Positions 51,686 to 64,000 of a stretch of DNA of 64,000 nucleotides are shown piece after piece (positions within the stretch are counted from its first letter, which is position 1; each line of letters starts with the position of its first letter). Source of the DNA: Narcine bancroftii (Eukaryota). The notes beneath the pieces are model-generated. The model was not told where the DNA came from. It saw nothing but the letters and a program-made list of their open reading frames with translations, and did not search any database. The stretch is from the NCBI RefSeq assembly GCF_036971445.1, contig NC_091470.1:187736001-187800000 (forward strand), written 5' to 3'. The position numbers were made by a program, and so were the translations under genes.

Positions 51686-52029
51686 TGCAAACAATGCTCA
51701 GGCACCAACACAATACGAATTCATGGGTTCCTTGCAGCCGTTCCCACACGCCACTCCAGAGATGCCCGTCACAGAATTAAAAGGATCACTAACATCGTTG
51801 GAGTTCAGGTCCCATGGCAGCCAGTCCTACTGCTCTCCAAAGGAACGTTGCCAAACACCTGGGCTTCACTCCCATGGAATATTACCCGCTGCCAGTAGTC
51901 CTGACGCTCTCTGAAGTCTCTGGATGGTAAAACAAGGCCAATTACAAGTCTGATGTGAGAACACCACACATCTGCCCTGGTCCCCTCTGCCCCCTCATGG
52001 AACAAGGACAGGATTTTCCTTGTCCTCAC

Positions 52030-52545
52030 CCACCACCACACCAGCCTCCGCATCCAACATATCCTCTTCTGCCACCTACTATGTTATACACCTCTAGACA
52101 GGTCTTCCCCTCTCTGCATTCTGCAGGGAGTGCTCCCTTTGTGACTCTCTTGTCCACTCCTCCCTCCCCTTGGCACCTACTCCTGTGACCACAGATGCTC
52201 CACCTGTGCCCACACCACCATTCAGAGCTCCCAAACAGTCCTTCCAAATGAAGCAATATTTCACTTGTGAATCTGCAGGGGTTGTCTACTGCTTCTGGTG
52301 GCCCCACTGTGGTCTCCTCTATGTCGGAGAGACTTTTCGCAGACTGGGAGATGGCTTCGTTGGGCACCTCGGCTCCATCCGATGCAATAGCATGGATCTC
52401 CCAGTGGCCACTCATTTCAATTCCCCATCCCATTCCCTTGGTGACATGGTCTCATGCACTGCCAGATTAAGGCCACCAGCAAATTGGAGGAACAACACCT
52501 CACCTTCCTCCTGGGCACCCTCCAACCAGATAGCATTAATAAATG
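52030..52545 (+). mobile_element. Penelope-like element fragment (GIY-YIG endonuclease region)
   Basis: FTCESAGVVYC...CGLLYVGETFRRLG...HL..IR...PVATHFN. Confidence 0.8.
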
Positions 52546-53399
52546 TTTTAAATTTATACATCTAGATATAGAGCACAGTACCGAAAACCCACGCTGACGC
52601 AGAATGTACAAACTCCTTAAAGACAGCGCAGGGTTCGAACCCCAGTTCCGACCACAGGCGCTGTATCAGCGTTGCCTCCTCCGGTTTCCATTAAACCCCC
52701 ACCTCTTCTTCTCCATCCCCTTCCCCCACCTCTTCTTCCCCGTCCGCTTGTTCCCATCACTTTTCACCCCCCTCTTCTTCCCCGTCACCTTTTCCCCCTC
52801 TCCTTCCCCGTCATCTTCCCCCTCTTCTTCCCTGTCACCTTCCCCCCCTCTTCTTCCCCGTCACCCCCATTCCCCTTTCCCCTCTGTCTCTTTTCATAGA
52901 GCCAAAATCAATTCTCACCTCTCCGCTCATCCTATCCAATGAACCCGCACGGATTCCAGCTCCAGTTCCAGGGCGCCCACCAGGATCTCAGGAACTTGTG
53001 CTGCATTGAATAACACCATCTAGGCACCCTCCTCCCCTTCTTCCCCCAGCTCCCTCTCTCTCCTTTCAAAGAGCCAAAATCAATTCTCTTCTATCCAATG
53101 AACGCATTTAGTTGGTCTGGCCTCTTCCTCGGCCAGACTGAGCTTTGTTATGCCGCTTATTCCTCGAGGAAGGGCTCAGGCTACATCCTTAAGTCCTATG
53201 GACCCTGCGAGATACCTGCTGAGTTCTTGCAGGACCCCAACACCTTGCAGTCTTTCGTGCTTCTCCAGAGTGGCCAGTCACAGGATTAAAAGGAGGCTCA
53301 GAGACTCTGGGTCTCGGGTCCCTCAGGTCTCCATAGGGTCGTGGCCAGAGGCCTGGGGCCCCACGCCCATTACACGCAGCTCCTGCCGCTCTCAGCCTC

Positions 53400-53693
53400 G
53401 CTGGTACAACAGGCGCCAATAACGTGGTCAGAGGAGCTGGGGGAGCTTCGCTCGGACTGGGGAGGATCGACACGATGAGGGTCGTCCGGTTAAACCCAAC
53501 AACTGACAGCGAGAGGCACAGCCCAGCCTGGCGTTGGAAGCGAGAGAGGGGGCGCAGGGATGCTGGGAGTTGTAGTTTCGCCGGCGGAGCGGCCGACGTC
53601 ATTGGACGAGAGGCGGCCCCGACCGCTCAGCATTGGTTGACTTTCGAGGTGAAAGGTCGCTCGCCGGGCTTCTCCCCTCCCCCGGATGTGGCT
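53400..53693. promoter_or_regulatory. CpG-rich bidirectional promoter shared by GPANK1 and VPS52
   Basis: ZNF143 SBS motif CTGGGAGTTGTAGTT (53563-53577), CRE-like GACGTCA, ATTGG boxes at 53601 and 53632; divergent genes on either side. Confidence 0.72.
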
Positions 53694-53708
53694 ATGATGG
53701 CGGCGGAG
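53694..53708 (+). CDS. VPS52: VPS52 (GARP/EARP subunit), exon 1
   Basis: ATG ATG GCG GCG GAG|GTAAGA; phase 0 fits exon 2; lies in the CpG-rich promoter region. Confidence 0.72.
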
Positions 53709-53749
53709 GTAAGAGGGGCTGGAGTAGGGAAGGGTCGTGGGAGGGGGAT

Positions 53750-54051
53750 NNNNNNNNNNNNNNNNNNNNNNNNNNNNNNNNNNNNNNNNNNNNNNNNNNN
53801 NNNNNNNNNNNNNNNNNNNNNNNNNNNNNNNNNNNNNNNNNNNNNNNNNNNNNNNNNNNNNNNNNNNNNNNNNNNNNNNNNNNNNNNNNNNNNNNNNNNN
53901 NNNNNNNNNNNNNNNNNNNNNNNNNNNNNNNNNNNNNNNNNNNNNNNNNNNNNNNNNNNNNNNNNNNNNNNNNNNNNNNNNNNNNNNNNNNNNNNNNNNN
54001 NNNNNNNNNNNNNNNNNNNNNNNNNNNNNNNNNNNNNNNNNNNNNNNNNNN
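53750..54051. other. Assembly gap (N run)
   Basis: Run of n characters. Confidence 1.
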
Positions 54052-54600
54052 AAAGGGGGATGAGGTAGGGAGAGGAATGGTCGTGGGAGGGGGATGAGGC
54101 AGAGGAGGAAGGAGGGTCGGGGAGGGTGCGGGATGAAGGAGAGGCGGGATAGGGAGAGGGCTATGGGAGGGGGATGAGGTAGGGAGGAGGAGGAGGAATG
54201 GTCATGGGAGGGGATGAGGGAGAGGAGGAGGGAGGGTCGGGGAGGGGGCGGGATGAGGGAGAGGAGGAGGGAGGGTCGGGGAGGGGGCGGGATGAGGGAG
54301 AGAAGGAGGGAGGGTCGTGGGAGGGGGCGGGATAGGGAGTGGAGGGAGGGCTCTGGGAGGGGGATGAGGTAGGGAGAGGAGGAGGAAGAGGTATGGTCGT
54401 GGGAGGGGATGAAGGAGAGGAGGATGGAGGGGAGGGGGCGGGATGAGGGATGAGGGAGGGTCGTGGGAGGGGGCGGGATAGGGAGAGGAGGGAGAGTGGG
54501 CCTTGGGAGGGGGGATGAGGGAAGATGAGGAGGAGGGAGGGCTATGGGAAAGATGACGAGGAAGGGCCCCTGGGAGGGAGGATAAGGAGAATGAGGAGGG
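54052..54600. repeat. GA-rich minisatellite flanking the gap, in VPS52 intron 1
   Basis: Repeated GGGATGAGGGAGAGGAGGAGGGAGGGTCGGGGAGGGGGC variants. Confidence 0.85.
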
Positions 54601-55564
54601 AGCACCTCCCCGCGGGAAGGGCAATAGGGAGGGGCGATGGGGAGGGAGCGTCAGTACCAATGCAAATTGGGCCACATAGTATAGAGGAAATTAAATCTTT
54701 GGGGATGGATAAACCTTGTGGGTCTGGGTTTGACCTCGCACTAAAGGGGGCAGTCGATGGCGGGCTTACCACTATCTCGAGAGAAATCTTTAAGAAAAAA
54801 CATGCATAGAACTTGAAAATCTACAGCACAGTACAGGCCCTTTGTCCCACTGTGTTGTGCTGACTTAATAACCTACTCTAACAACTGCCTGACTTTTCTC
54901 AGTTCCAATGTACTTATTTAATACTCTCTTAAAACATACCTGCCTCCACCATCTTTACCGGTAGTACATTTCGTGCACCCACCCCTCTGTGTGAAGAAGG
55001 TGCCTTTTGCATCCCTCCTCTGTACTTGCTTCCAAGCACGTTAAAATTATGTCCCCTCATGTTAGCCATTTCAGCATTGGGAAGTAAAGCCACTGGCCGT
55101 ACACATGATCAATGTCTCTCATCATCTTATACAGCTCTATCAGGTCACCCCTCATCCTCCATCACTCAACCGATCCTTATAAGGCATGCTTGTGAATCTC
55201 TAATCTGCAATGAGATGACTACAACTATACAATATTCGAAGTGGGGTCCAACCAAGCTCTTGTATTATCTCACTACTCCTGAACTTGATCCCACGGTTAA
55301 TCAGAGGGATTGTAATAATACAAAAAATGTAACATTACATGGTATACTTCAACTTTTGTCTGCTGTAGGGCAAACAAAAGAATCTTCAGGGGCATTGCCA
55401 GGTGCCCCCAATAAAAGAACGAGAAGCAAAAGAGAGTTGCATCAGAGACTCAGAGTGCATCGAGTCCTGTCCAATCCATCGGCAACCCGAGCCTCAGATC
55501 CAAAACCTCTGATACCATCAGGAGTCCTTGAGCACCTGAGGCCCCCACTTGATCCCCAGTTCTT

Positions 55565-56345
55565 TTTTTAAGAAACTTTATATAACAAAATACAAATATA
55601 TAAAAAAACCAACATCCTTACAGTGGACCATTATTAAAATACACAATAGTCCCCTATTACCCTTCCCCCTCCCCCCTAACTAAAATCCCCCCCATACCTC
55701 CTAAATATGGAGCCTGATACATAAATCAATTATTTACATGCAGTGGAGTGTGCCATATCCATAAACTACTTAAAGTATATACAAATCTACACATTTTAAA
55801 TATGGAGTCCACATTTTAGTTAAAAAAATTATGTAAATTACATGTGATCTTTTCTAAATAAATGCAAGATTTCCACTCATTATGGCATCGTTGAATATTC
55901 AACTCTATATCATTTCTCCATGTAACGGCAATGCACTTACTAGTAGCTGCCAGAACCAGACGAATCAATGCTATTTGAAAATTATCCAATTTTAGACCCA
56001 CCGTTCAATTTGTCATATATCCCAATAAAAAAAAGTAATGGGCCAAGTGTTAATTCAATTTTAAATAAATGCTCCAAAAACTCCATAATTTTCTTTCAAA
56101 GAAGTTTCACTTTATCACAAGTCCAAATTGAATGTAAAAATGTACCCGTCTTCTCTCCATAATGAAAACAAATCTGATGAGCTTAAACCATATCTTTTCA
56201 ATTTCTCTGGACTTAAATACATCTGGTGTAGAAAATTATAAAACCTCACATTAATTTACTTAGTTACACTGTTTTCACACAACTTCATCCATTCCTCCTG
56301 AGATATAGGATAATCTAAATCCTTCTCCGGTTTACTCTGTTTTAA
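55565..56345 (-). mobile_element. Old L1-like 3' fragment
   Basis: RLVLAATSKCIAVTWR...LEKIT, homologous to 26844-27104. Confidence 0.7.
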
Positions 56346-56778
56346 GTATGCCAGGTTTACTCATCTTCCTGATCTCCAGTTCTGATACTTGGTTCCCATG
56401 AGCCAGACTCCAGCATCCCGCAGCCCGTGTGAGTGCTCCACCTACTAAGCAACCCCCCTCCCCCCCGCTGGCCCGCTGCTGCTCTCACCTTCCTGCAGGG
56501 CAATCTCCCAGTTCTCGACGAAGGTCGGCACACCTCACGCCTTCTTAACAAACGCTATCAACCAGCTTTGAGTGTCGGGTGGACACGGGCCCCAAGATCT
56601 CTCAGTTTGTCCACGCTGCTCAAGGCCCTCCCCTTAACACTGGGTTTTGCTTACACATTTGACCTATGGAAATGAGCCACTTCACATTTTTCTGAATTTC
56701 TGCGGGAGGTTGCGATTTGTGAGCCAATGAGTTGTTGCTGGAGTATGTACAATGACCCTGGTGTTTTCTCTTGTGTAG

Positions 56779-56866
56779 GGGGAGAGGAATGAAGCAGGAG
56801 GTAGCGAGCTGGTCCTGGGTGAACTGGACATAACCTCAGATGAGTTTATCCTCGATGAAGTAGACA
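56779..56866 (+). CDS. VPS52: VPS52, exon 2
   Basis: Acceptor ttttctcttgtgtag, donor GTAAGT; GERNEAGGSELVLGELDITSDEFILDEVD matches vertebrate VPS52 LGELDITSDEFILDEVD. Confidence 0.96.
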
Positions 56867-58127
56867 GTAAGTACCATTTCTCAAGCCTAACACATTGAGT
56901 CGGTGGTGAAGAAGGCAGATGCAGTGCTGACATTCATTTCAAGAGGAATAGACTATAAGAGCAGGGATGTGATCTTGAGGCTTTGATAAGGCACTGGTGA
57001 GCTCTCACGTGGAGTACTGTGAGCAGTTTTGACCTGCTCTTTTATGAAAGGATGTTGGAGAGGTTTCAGATAATGTTCACACAGATGGTTCTGGGAATGA
57101 AAGGGTTATCATGAGAGGAGCGTTTGACAGTTCTTGTTGGAATTTTGGAGATTGGGGGTGGGCAGAGTAGATACAAAAAGGTTGTTTCCCACGCAATCTA
57201 AGACGATGGCACAACTTCAGGATTCAACTTCAGTGCTTAAAACAGAGGAATTTCTTAAGCCAGAGGGTGGTGAATGTGTGGAATTTGTTGCCATGGGCGG
57301 TTGTGGAGGCCGGGTCGTCGGGTGTATTTAATGCAGAGATTGATAGGTTTTTAATTAGCCAGGGCATCAAAGGTTATGGGGAGAAGGCTGGGCAGTGGGT
57401 GGTTAAATGGCGGGGCTGAATAGTCTATTTCTGCTCCTTTGTCTTGCTGGCTAACTGGTTCTCTATTGATAAGGTAACTTTTTTTTTAAAAAGTAAAGGT
57501 GTTTGTAGAATCTGGTGGTCATTAGTTGTGACATTGAATTATTAGCCCCTTTCAACCTGGGCAGCCCTCCTGGGACCCAGGTGCGTTTACTGGGGCAGCA
57601 CCTTTCCAATCTCAGGGGGATTGACCCGTTAAATCGCCAACCTGGCGATTTAAGGAGGATCCCGCCCCCGCGACGATGCGCTACGCACTCACCGGAAGTA
57701 CTGTCGGATGCTAGCCGCCTGATGACGCACGCACGCAAGCGCTGGCGTTACCGGAATAAGCAGGTCAGCCATTTTCCTGTTCAAATTGCCCGTGGACGAG
57801 ACCTAGTTAAGTTTAACTGAGTTCCCTGACGACCTCTGAGGTAGGTCAGGGACCCGGTTGGATTTTGATGGGATTGACCGGATCAGACTCTTTGTAACTG
57901 CAGCGTAACGGGGGCGCTAACTGGGCAACTTGCCCAGTTAACCCCATTTTACACGGCAATTTGAAATAGCCTATTGACTTTCTACTTCCAATGTGCAGGT
58001 GTATCCATGTCTTCGTATGTTTTTATTTAAGCACGTTGGTTGATGCTGTCAGTAAGTCCAGAAATAATAATGATTTCTTTTCAATTTGTTTTTGTACTGC
58101 TGCTGCCATCTAAACCATAGTGCAACC

Positions 58128-58403
58128 ACCGTAAATATGCGTGTATAATGTAACCCGCCCTATTTTTGAGGGGAAAAAAGAGAGAAAAATTTTATCTGTA
58201 TATAATACAACCCCCTCCCCTCGACCCCCCGATTCATGCTGCCGCCTTCTTCCCCTTCGCCCACCCGATTTGCACTGCCGTCTCTCTCCCCACCTCGCCC
58301 GTCCAATTTGTACTGCTGTAAATATGTGTGTATAATGCGACCCCCTACTTTGATCTTGAATTTTGGTACAATATTTTTCGCATTATACATGCACATTTAC
58401 GGT
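58128..58403. mobile_element. Tc1/mariner-pogo-type MITE
   Basis: TIRs ACCGTAAATATGCGTGTATAATG and CATTATACATGCACATTTACGGT. Confidence 0.7.
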
Positions 58404-59787
58404 AATCTCTGTTGTATTTTAGCTTGGAACTCTCCACTGGAGGAACTCAGTGAGTTGATGTATTGAGAAAGGCATCAGATTTGGTGGGTTTACAGAGAGA
58501 TGAGTCTGGACGCAAGGGTTTGCAATCACAAGTTGTTTTTTATTATCACACAACAATTTATAGGAGGGTGATTGGAAATGTTATGGGCATAAAACGCCTG
58601 CACAATTTATAAAGGAGCATGGGAAAATGCTACACAGTACACAATTTATAATACCGAGATGAAGAAAAACTGTTTTTCCTGGAGAGTAGTGAATCGGTGG
58701 AATTCTCTGCCCGGGGATGCAGCTGTGGTTGCTTCATTAAACATACTTAAGGTTCAGTTAGATAGATTTTTACATAAAAAAAGGAATTGAAGGATATGGG
58801 GAAAAGGCAGGTAGGTGGAGTTGAGTCAATGATCAAATCAGCCACGATCTTACTGAATGGCAGAGCAAGCTTGACAGGCCGGATGGCTGACTTCTGCTCC
58901 TGTTTGTTATGTTCTTACGTACACACAGGCAGTGGACATTCACAAAATCCCTACACTGTAGTAGGGGGGTAACATACATCCTTCCCAGACCCCTGATCGT
59001 CAGGAGGCAGCCTTGGTACAAACGGTGCTCCCAGGGGTAACACACACCCTTCTTGGACCCCCAGTCATTGGGAGGCAGCCCTGATACAAATGGTACCCAC
59101 AGGGGTATACCCACACTCTCGGACCCCTGATTGTCGGGAGGTGTGGCTCTGCTGCGAGTATCGACCTATAGCAACTTAAACTATAGCGATACTACGGCTC
59201 AGCTTCAGTGCCATGCACACCTTACCCGCAACTCTGCCAAGCGACATCCACAGTCGCAACCATGGCATGGAGTGGTGTCTGGGGCTATCACCACAAGCAG
59301 AGAGGGAGAGCAAAGTGTTCTATCCTGGTGCTAAATACAGGGCTCTAGCCAATAGTGACGCTGGCTGATTTGAATTAGCCAATGGCAAGGCGTGCACAAA
59401 TTAGTGGCCGGAGCCCAACCTTGATTGACAGGTGATGCGACTTCTGAATATATTCCAGACAGGGAGGGGACATGTGACCACCCGCAATACACACATTCCA
59501 GACAGGCAGTGGGGGGGAGCCACCTTTCCTCCACACACAACAGTTGAGCAACATAAAGTGGGAAGAAAAAGAAGTGTCTATGTTGTGGGTTGTAACCATT
59601 CATCAAGCAGTTCCCCCAGCAGATTGCGTTTTTTACTCCAGATTCCAAAATCTCTTGAGCATCTGGAATTTGTTGCCTCAGACAGCTGTAGTATCCAACT
59701 CATTGGGTATACGTAAAGCAGAGGTTGATATGCTCTTGATCAGTAAGGGCGTCAAAAGTTGTAGGAGAAAAGGGTTGAAAGGAAAAA

Positions 59788-60261
59788 TACCGTATATATG
59801 CGTCTAATAGTTGAGACCATATAAAAGTCAAACCCCTATTTTTTGCCCAAATGTATGATAGTTTCCATAAATTGCGTGTAAAAGTTGACTTCACCCAAAT
59901 TTTGGCCCTGGCCACCCTCCCACCTAAGCTCCTGATGCCCTGAATGCGGACACTCGCTAAGACCCCAGCCGCCTGAGCTCCCAATGCCCCGACTGCTGTC
60001 TCTTGTCCTGGCCCTGGCCACCCGTCCATCTGAGCTCCCAACACCCCGACCGGGAATCCTCGCCTTGGTTGTCCGCCCACTGGAACTCCCAATGCCACGA
60101 TCATGGACTTGCCACCCAGTCCTGGCCACCTGCCTATCTAAGCTCCCGACCGCAGGTACTTAACCACGGTCAAAAGTTGTATGTGTGTAATAGTCGACCC
60201 CATAAATGTTACCCTAAAAAGTAGTCCCCAAAACTAGACTATTACATGAGTATTTACAGTA
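59788..60261. mobile_element. Related TACCGTA-ended MITE with internal short tandem units
   Basis: Imperfect TIRs TACCGTATATATGCGTCTAATAGT and ACTATTACATGAGTATTTACAGTA. Confidence 0.6.
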
Positions 60262-60388
60262 CGTTAGCCATTTGAATGGCAGAGTAGACTGGATGGGCTG
60301 AAATTCTGCTCCAAAATATTCTGGATATCTCCAGTATTTTTAGCTTTTCTGAATGCATCTCCTAAGGTTCTTTCTTTTTTTTTGGCAG

Positions 60389-60441
60389 CACACATACAAG
60401 CCAACCTGGAGGATGAACTTGTAAAGGAAGCATTAAAGACA
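60389..60441 (+). CDS. VPS52: VPS52, exon 3 (the gene continues beyond the window)
   Basis: Acceptor ttttttggcag, donor GTAAGT; (T)HIQANLEDELVKEALKT matches vertebrate VPS52. Confidence 0.96.
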
Positions 60442-61349
60442 GTAAGTTTCCATCATTTGGAGATAGCTGGTGAAGTTTGCCAGTGAGGAACTCTCCAAAG
60501 TGTTCATAGAAGTTGTCCAAACGACACAGGAGGTGAAGGATTGGATTCGTGCTTAAGATGAGGTGAATTTGGCCCCAGACGTGACTAAATGATATCTGTC
60601 AGCAGACTGTGCATGAAAAAATAGGCGCTGAGGGCTGGCTGTTACCAAAGGTACTAACTATGAAGGTGTGTCTCCGTCTGACGCCAACATTGTTATGAGA
60701 GTATGTAATTGACAATATGTACTGCACTAAGTATGTCTGCTCCAATCCTGCACCCACTGTCATTAGTATTTCACGAGGAAAATAAACTGTGTTTTGCTTG
60801 TGGTTCACACCCCTCTGCTCTCGTCACAGCCCGCTGTTTGAAGGCTGAGCTCCCATTTTGTTGTTTCAGGCTTCAATGTCTATCATCCCTGTGGAGACCT
60901 TTGGCCTCACCATTATTTGGCACTGCCTCAAGACATGACCATCTGGAAGTTATGCTGATCTGTTGGTTATTATCACTGTGAGTTAGTAACTTGGAATGGT
61001 GACTCTAGTGGTTTGGTTACCTGAAGGTAGCCGACAAAGGAGGCAAAACTGCGCGCAGTCGCAAGCTCAGCAAGGTTAGCACAGCAGTGGCAGGAACCTG
61101 GTTCGAATCCAGCGCTGTCTTTAAGGAGTTTGTATGTTCTGCCCTTATCTGCTTGGATTTCCTCTGGTTTCCTCTCACACGGGTTGTAGGTTCATTGGGG
61201 TATTTGGACGGCACGGGCCGGAAGAGCCTGTTTCCGTGCGGTATGTCTAAATTAAATTAAAAAATAAAGTTTGCTGGCTGGTACATTAATTGGCTGTTTT
61301 ATGGGTTAATTGGGTGGCAACCAAGTTAGGACTGAGCGAATGTGTGAAA

Positions 61350-62665
61350 AGAAAGAAGTGGCCCATGAGAGCCTGACAATATATTCTCTCAGATGTTGAA
61401 GGAGGCGAATGTGAAAATTGCAGGGGCTCTTTTAAAAATATTTTAAATAGCCATTGATGAGATGCTGGAGGATCAGAGGGTAGCTATTGTTTAAAAAAGG
61501 CTCCAAAAGTAACCCTAGAAATTATACATGGTGAGCCTGACGTCAAATTATTGGAAGGTGTTCTAAGAGATGGGATATACAATTATTTGGATCGCCAGGG
61601 ACTGACTAGGATAGTCAGTGTAACTTTGTGCTTGGTAGGTCATGTTTAACCAACCCTTTAAAGTTTTATGAGGAGTTTACCAGCAAAATTGATGAAGGAA
61701 AGGCTATGGATGTTGTCTACGTGGACTTTAGTAAGCCGTTTGACAAGGTCAAGCGTCAGGAAGGTTCAGATGCCCGGTATTCATGGTGAGGTAGTAAAGT
61801 GGATTTGACATTGGTTATAGGGGAAAAGCCAGAGAGTGGTAGTGGATGATGCTTCTCTAACTGGAGGTCTGTGGCTAGGGATCGGTGTTGGGACCATTGT
61901 TGTTTGTCATTTATATCAGTGATCTGGGTGATGATGTGGTAAATTGGATCAGCAAGTTTGCAGATGACACAAAGATTGGAGACATTATGGACAGTAAAGA
62001 AGGTTTCAAAGCTTGCAGAGGGATCTGGACCAGCTGGAAAAATGGGCTGCAAAATGGCAGATGGAATTTAATGCAGATAAGTGTGAGGTGTTGCATTTTG
62101 GAAGGACAAACCAAAAAAGAACAGAGGGATCTGGAAATATAGATATGTAAATCCCTGAAAGTGGTGTCATAGGTAAATAGGGTTGTAAAGAGAGCTTTTG
62201 GCATATTGGCCTTCAAAATCAAAGTATCGAGTGTTGGATGTTCTGGTAAAATTATACAAGATGTTCGTGAAGCCAAATTTAAAGTATTGTGTGCAGTTTT
62301 GGTCACGTAACTACAGGAAAGATATCACTAAGATTGAAAGAGTGCAGAAAAGATTTACTGGGATGTTGGCCAGACTTCAGGAACTGAGTTACAGGGAAAG
62401 GCTAGTACTTTATTCCCTTGGGCTTAGAAGAATGAGGGGAGATTTGATTGAGGTATTTAAAACTGAGGGGTATAGACAGAGTAAATGTAGAGAGGCTTTT
62501 TCCACTGAGGGTAGGTGTGATATGGGTTAAGGGCGAAAGGGGAAAGGAAAGCTTTAGAGTGAACATTAGGGGGAACTTCTTCACACAGAGAGAGGAGAGA
62601 ACATGGAACGAGCTGCCAGCTGAAGTGGTGAACGCGGGCTCAGTTTTCACTTTTAAGAAAAATTG
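61350..62665 (+). mobile_element. Degenerate CR1 ORF2 fragment
   Basis: VDFSKPFDKV, LGPLLFVIYISDL, KFADDTK, YCVQFWS and RGNFFTQR. Confidence 0.88.
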
Positions 62666-62674
62666 GGGTGGGGG

Positions 62675-64000
62675 GGCTGTCGCATGATGGTGGATCATCA
62701 GGTTGGAGAAACTAGCTCTCCAAAAAAAAATTAAAAAAAAGGAAAAGAAGAAATAATATTTAAAGTAATGGAGAAACACCCTCGATTTGACTCCAAAGAA
62801 AGAAAAAGCTGCTCAAAAGGAAAAACAACAGAGAAACGACCACCACATAAAGGAAGGGAGGGAGGCCTACCTCGAGGATGGATCCGGGACACTAGAAGAA
62901 GGAAGCTGATATAGACTGCTTCGACAAAAAGAGGGAACAGAAGAATCAAACCTCGTCAGAAGAAATGGAACAAGAAGAGGGATTAGAAAGAGCCAGCAGA
63001 TGGAGGAAAGTTAGGAAAGTGTACAGAATTTATATAAGCAAATGATGGGAATGGTAAAGGAAATAAAGCACTTTAGAGCTTTAATGGTAAAATCAGACGT
63101 TGGAACCAAACGTAGAATAAGTAGTGGTGAATATGCAAAAAAAGATTTGAAGAGATGGAAGAGTAAAAGGAACAGAAATTGAAATTAATTCACTGACTGA
63201 ATGTTGTCACTCAGAAGAATCTTGTCAGTCCCAAAAAGAACCATAGAACCTTCTCCTTTCCACAATTTTAGCAGAAGAAATAATATAAAGACTCAAAGAA
63301 GGAGATAGTAATCAGACAATTTCTGCCACGGTGGATCCCAAAGAGTCGTGGAGTTCAAAGAATTTCAGGGTGATATTGAGATAGTACGAGCACATCAAGC
63401 TTTAAGAGCTCGACCAAAACCAGATCAAATGCCGCATCCAGTACTGGTTAAATTCCTTCATTATCAAGTAAGAGAGAAGATTTTGGAACTTGCAGCCAAA
63501 CAAGCAAAGACGAGGACCTTTAGAATATAATGAAAATAAGATCTGTTTCTATCCAGATATGTTTTGAATTGTTGAAGAAAAGAAAGGAATTTAAATCCAA
63601 TTAAAAATGAACTGTAGGAAAAAGGTTACGCTTTTGTTTTAAGATATCCTGCCACACTGAAGATTTTTGTTCCAGGAAGTCAAAACACGTATTTTTGTTG
63701 AACCAAAGAAGGCTAAACAGTATATTGACTCTTAGAAGAGAAGATGAGGGCTGAGCAGCAGGGTGCAATTTGAAGGACATTTTCAACAGTGATATTTCTA
63801 ACTGATAAAGGATGATCTGTTTATGTTTAAGGAAATGTAACAACATCTTCGGGAGAGCTGGGAGGGAGGGGCTGACGGCTGCCAATTCATGTGGGCATTT
63901 GTGGCATGTAACATGGAGGGGAATAATGTTGTTAACAACATTAGTAGGGTTTTTTTTAAATCTTTACAGGGTTTCCTTTCTTTTTCTTATGTTCTTTACA
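62675..64000 (+). mobile_element. Degenerate L1-like 5' region/ORF1
   Basis: IEIVRAHQAL..PKP...VLVKFLHYQVREKILE and FYPD, homologous to ORF1 of the full-length copies. Confidence 0.7.

Noticed and set aside
53424-54675. Long ORFs of 108-371 aa around the gap
   Set aside because: They are artefacts of the N run and the GA-rich repeat.

Overview
Eukaryotic, intron-rich vertebrate DNA. The repeat content (esterase-type CR1, L1/Tx1-clade LINEs, RTE, Rex1, Penelope, tRNA-type SINEs) suggests a cartilaginous fish, which is an inference. Four genes could be built by hand. (1) The 67-nt leader-peptide first exon of an unidentified minus-strand gene at 12.0 kb, with an ISRE/GAS/kB promoter; B2M or MHC class I are candidates. 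(2) A complete six-coding-exon, 210-aa SOUL/HEBP2-family gene with a signal peptide (17489-33953, minus) that the ORF track does not reveal. (3) GPANK1 (47776-51685, minus). (4) The first three exons of VPS52 (53694-60441, plus), head-to-head with GPANK1 across a ZNF143/CCAAT promoter. GPANK1 and VPS52 are MHC class III and extended class II genes in mammals, so the window is probably MHC-linked. The rest is mostly nested mobile DNA: two full-length L1-like elements with TSDs, a near-complete CR1, four related solo LTRs, a 175-bp solo LTR, MITEs and minisatellites, plus one assembly gap.
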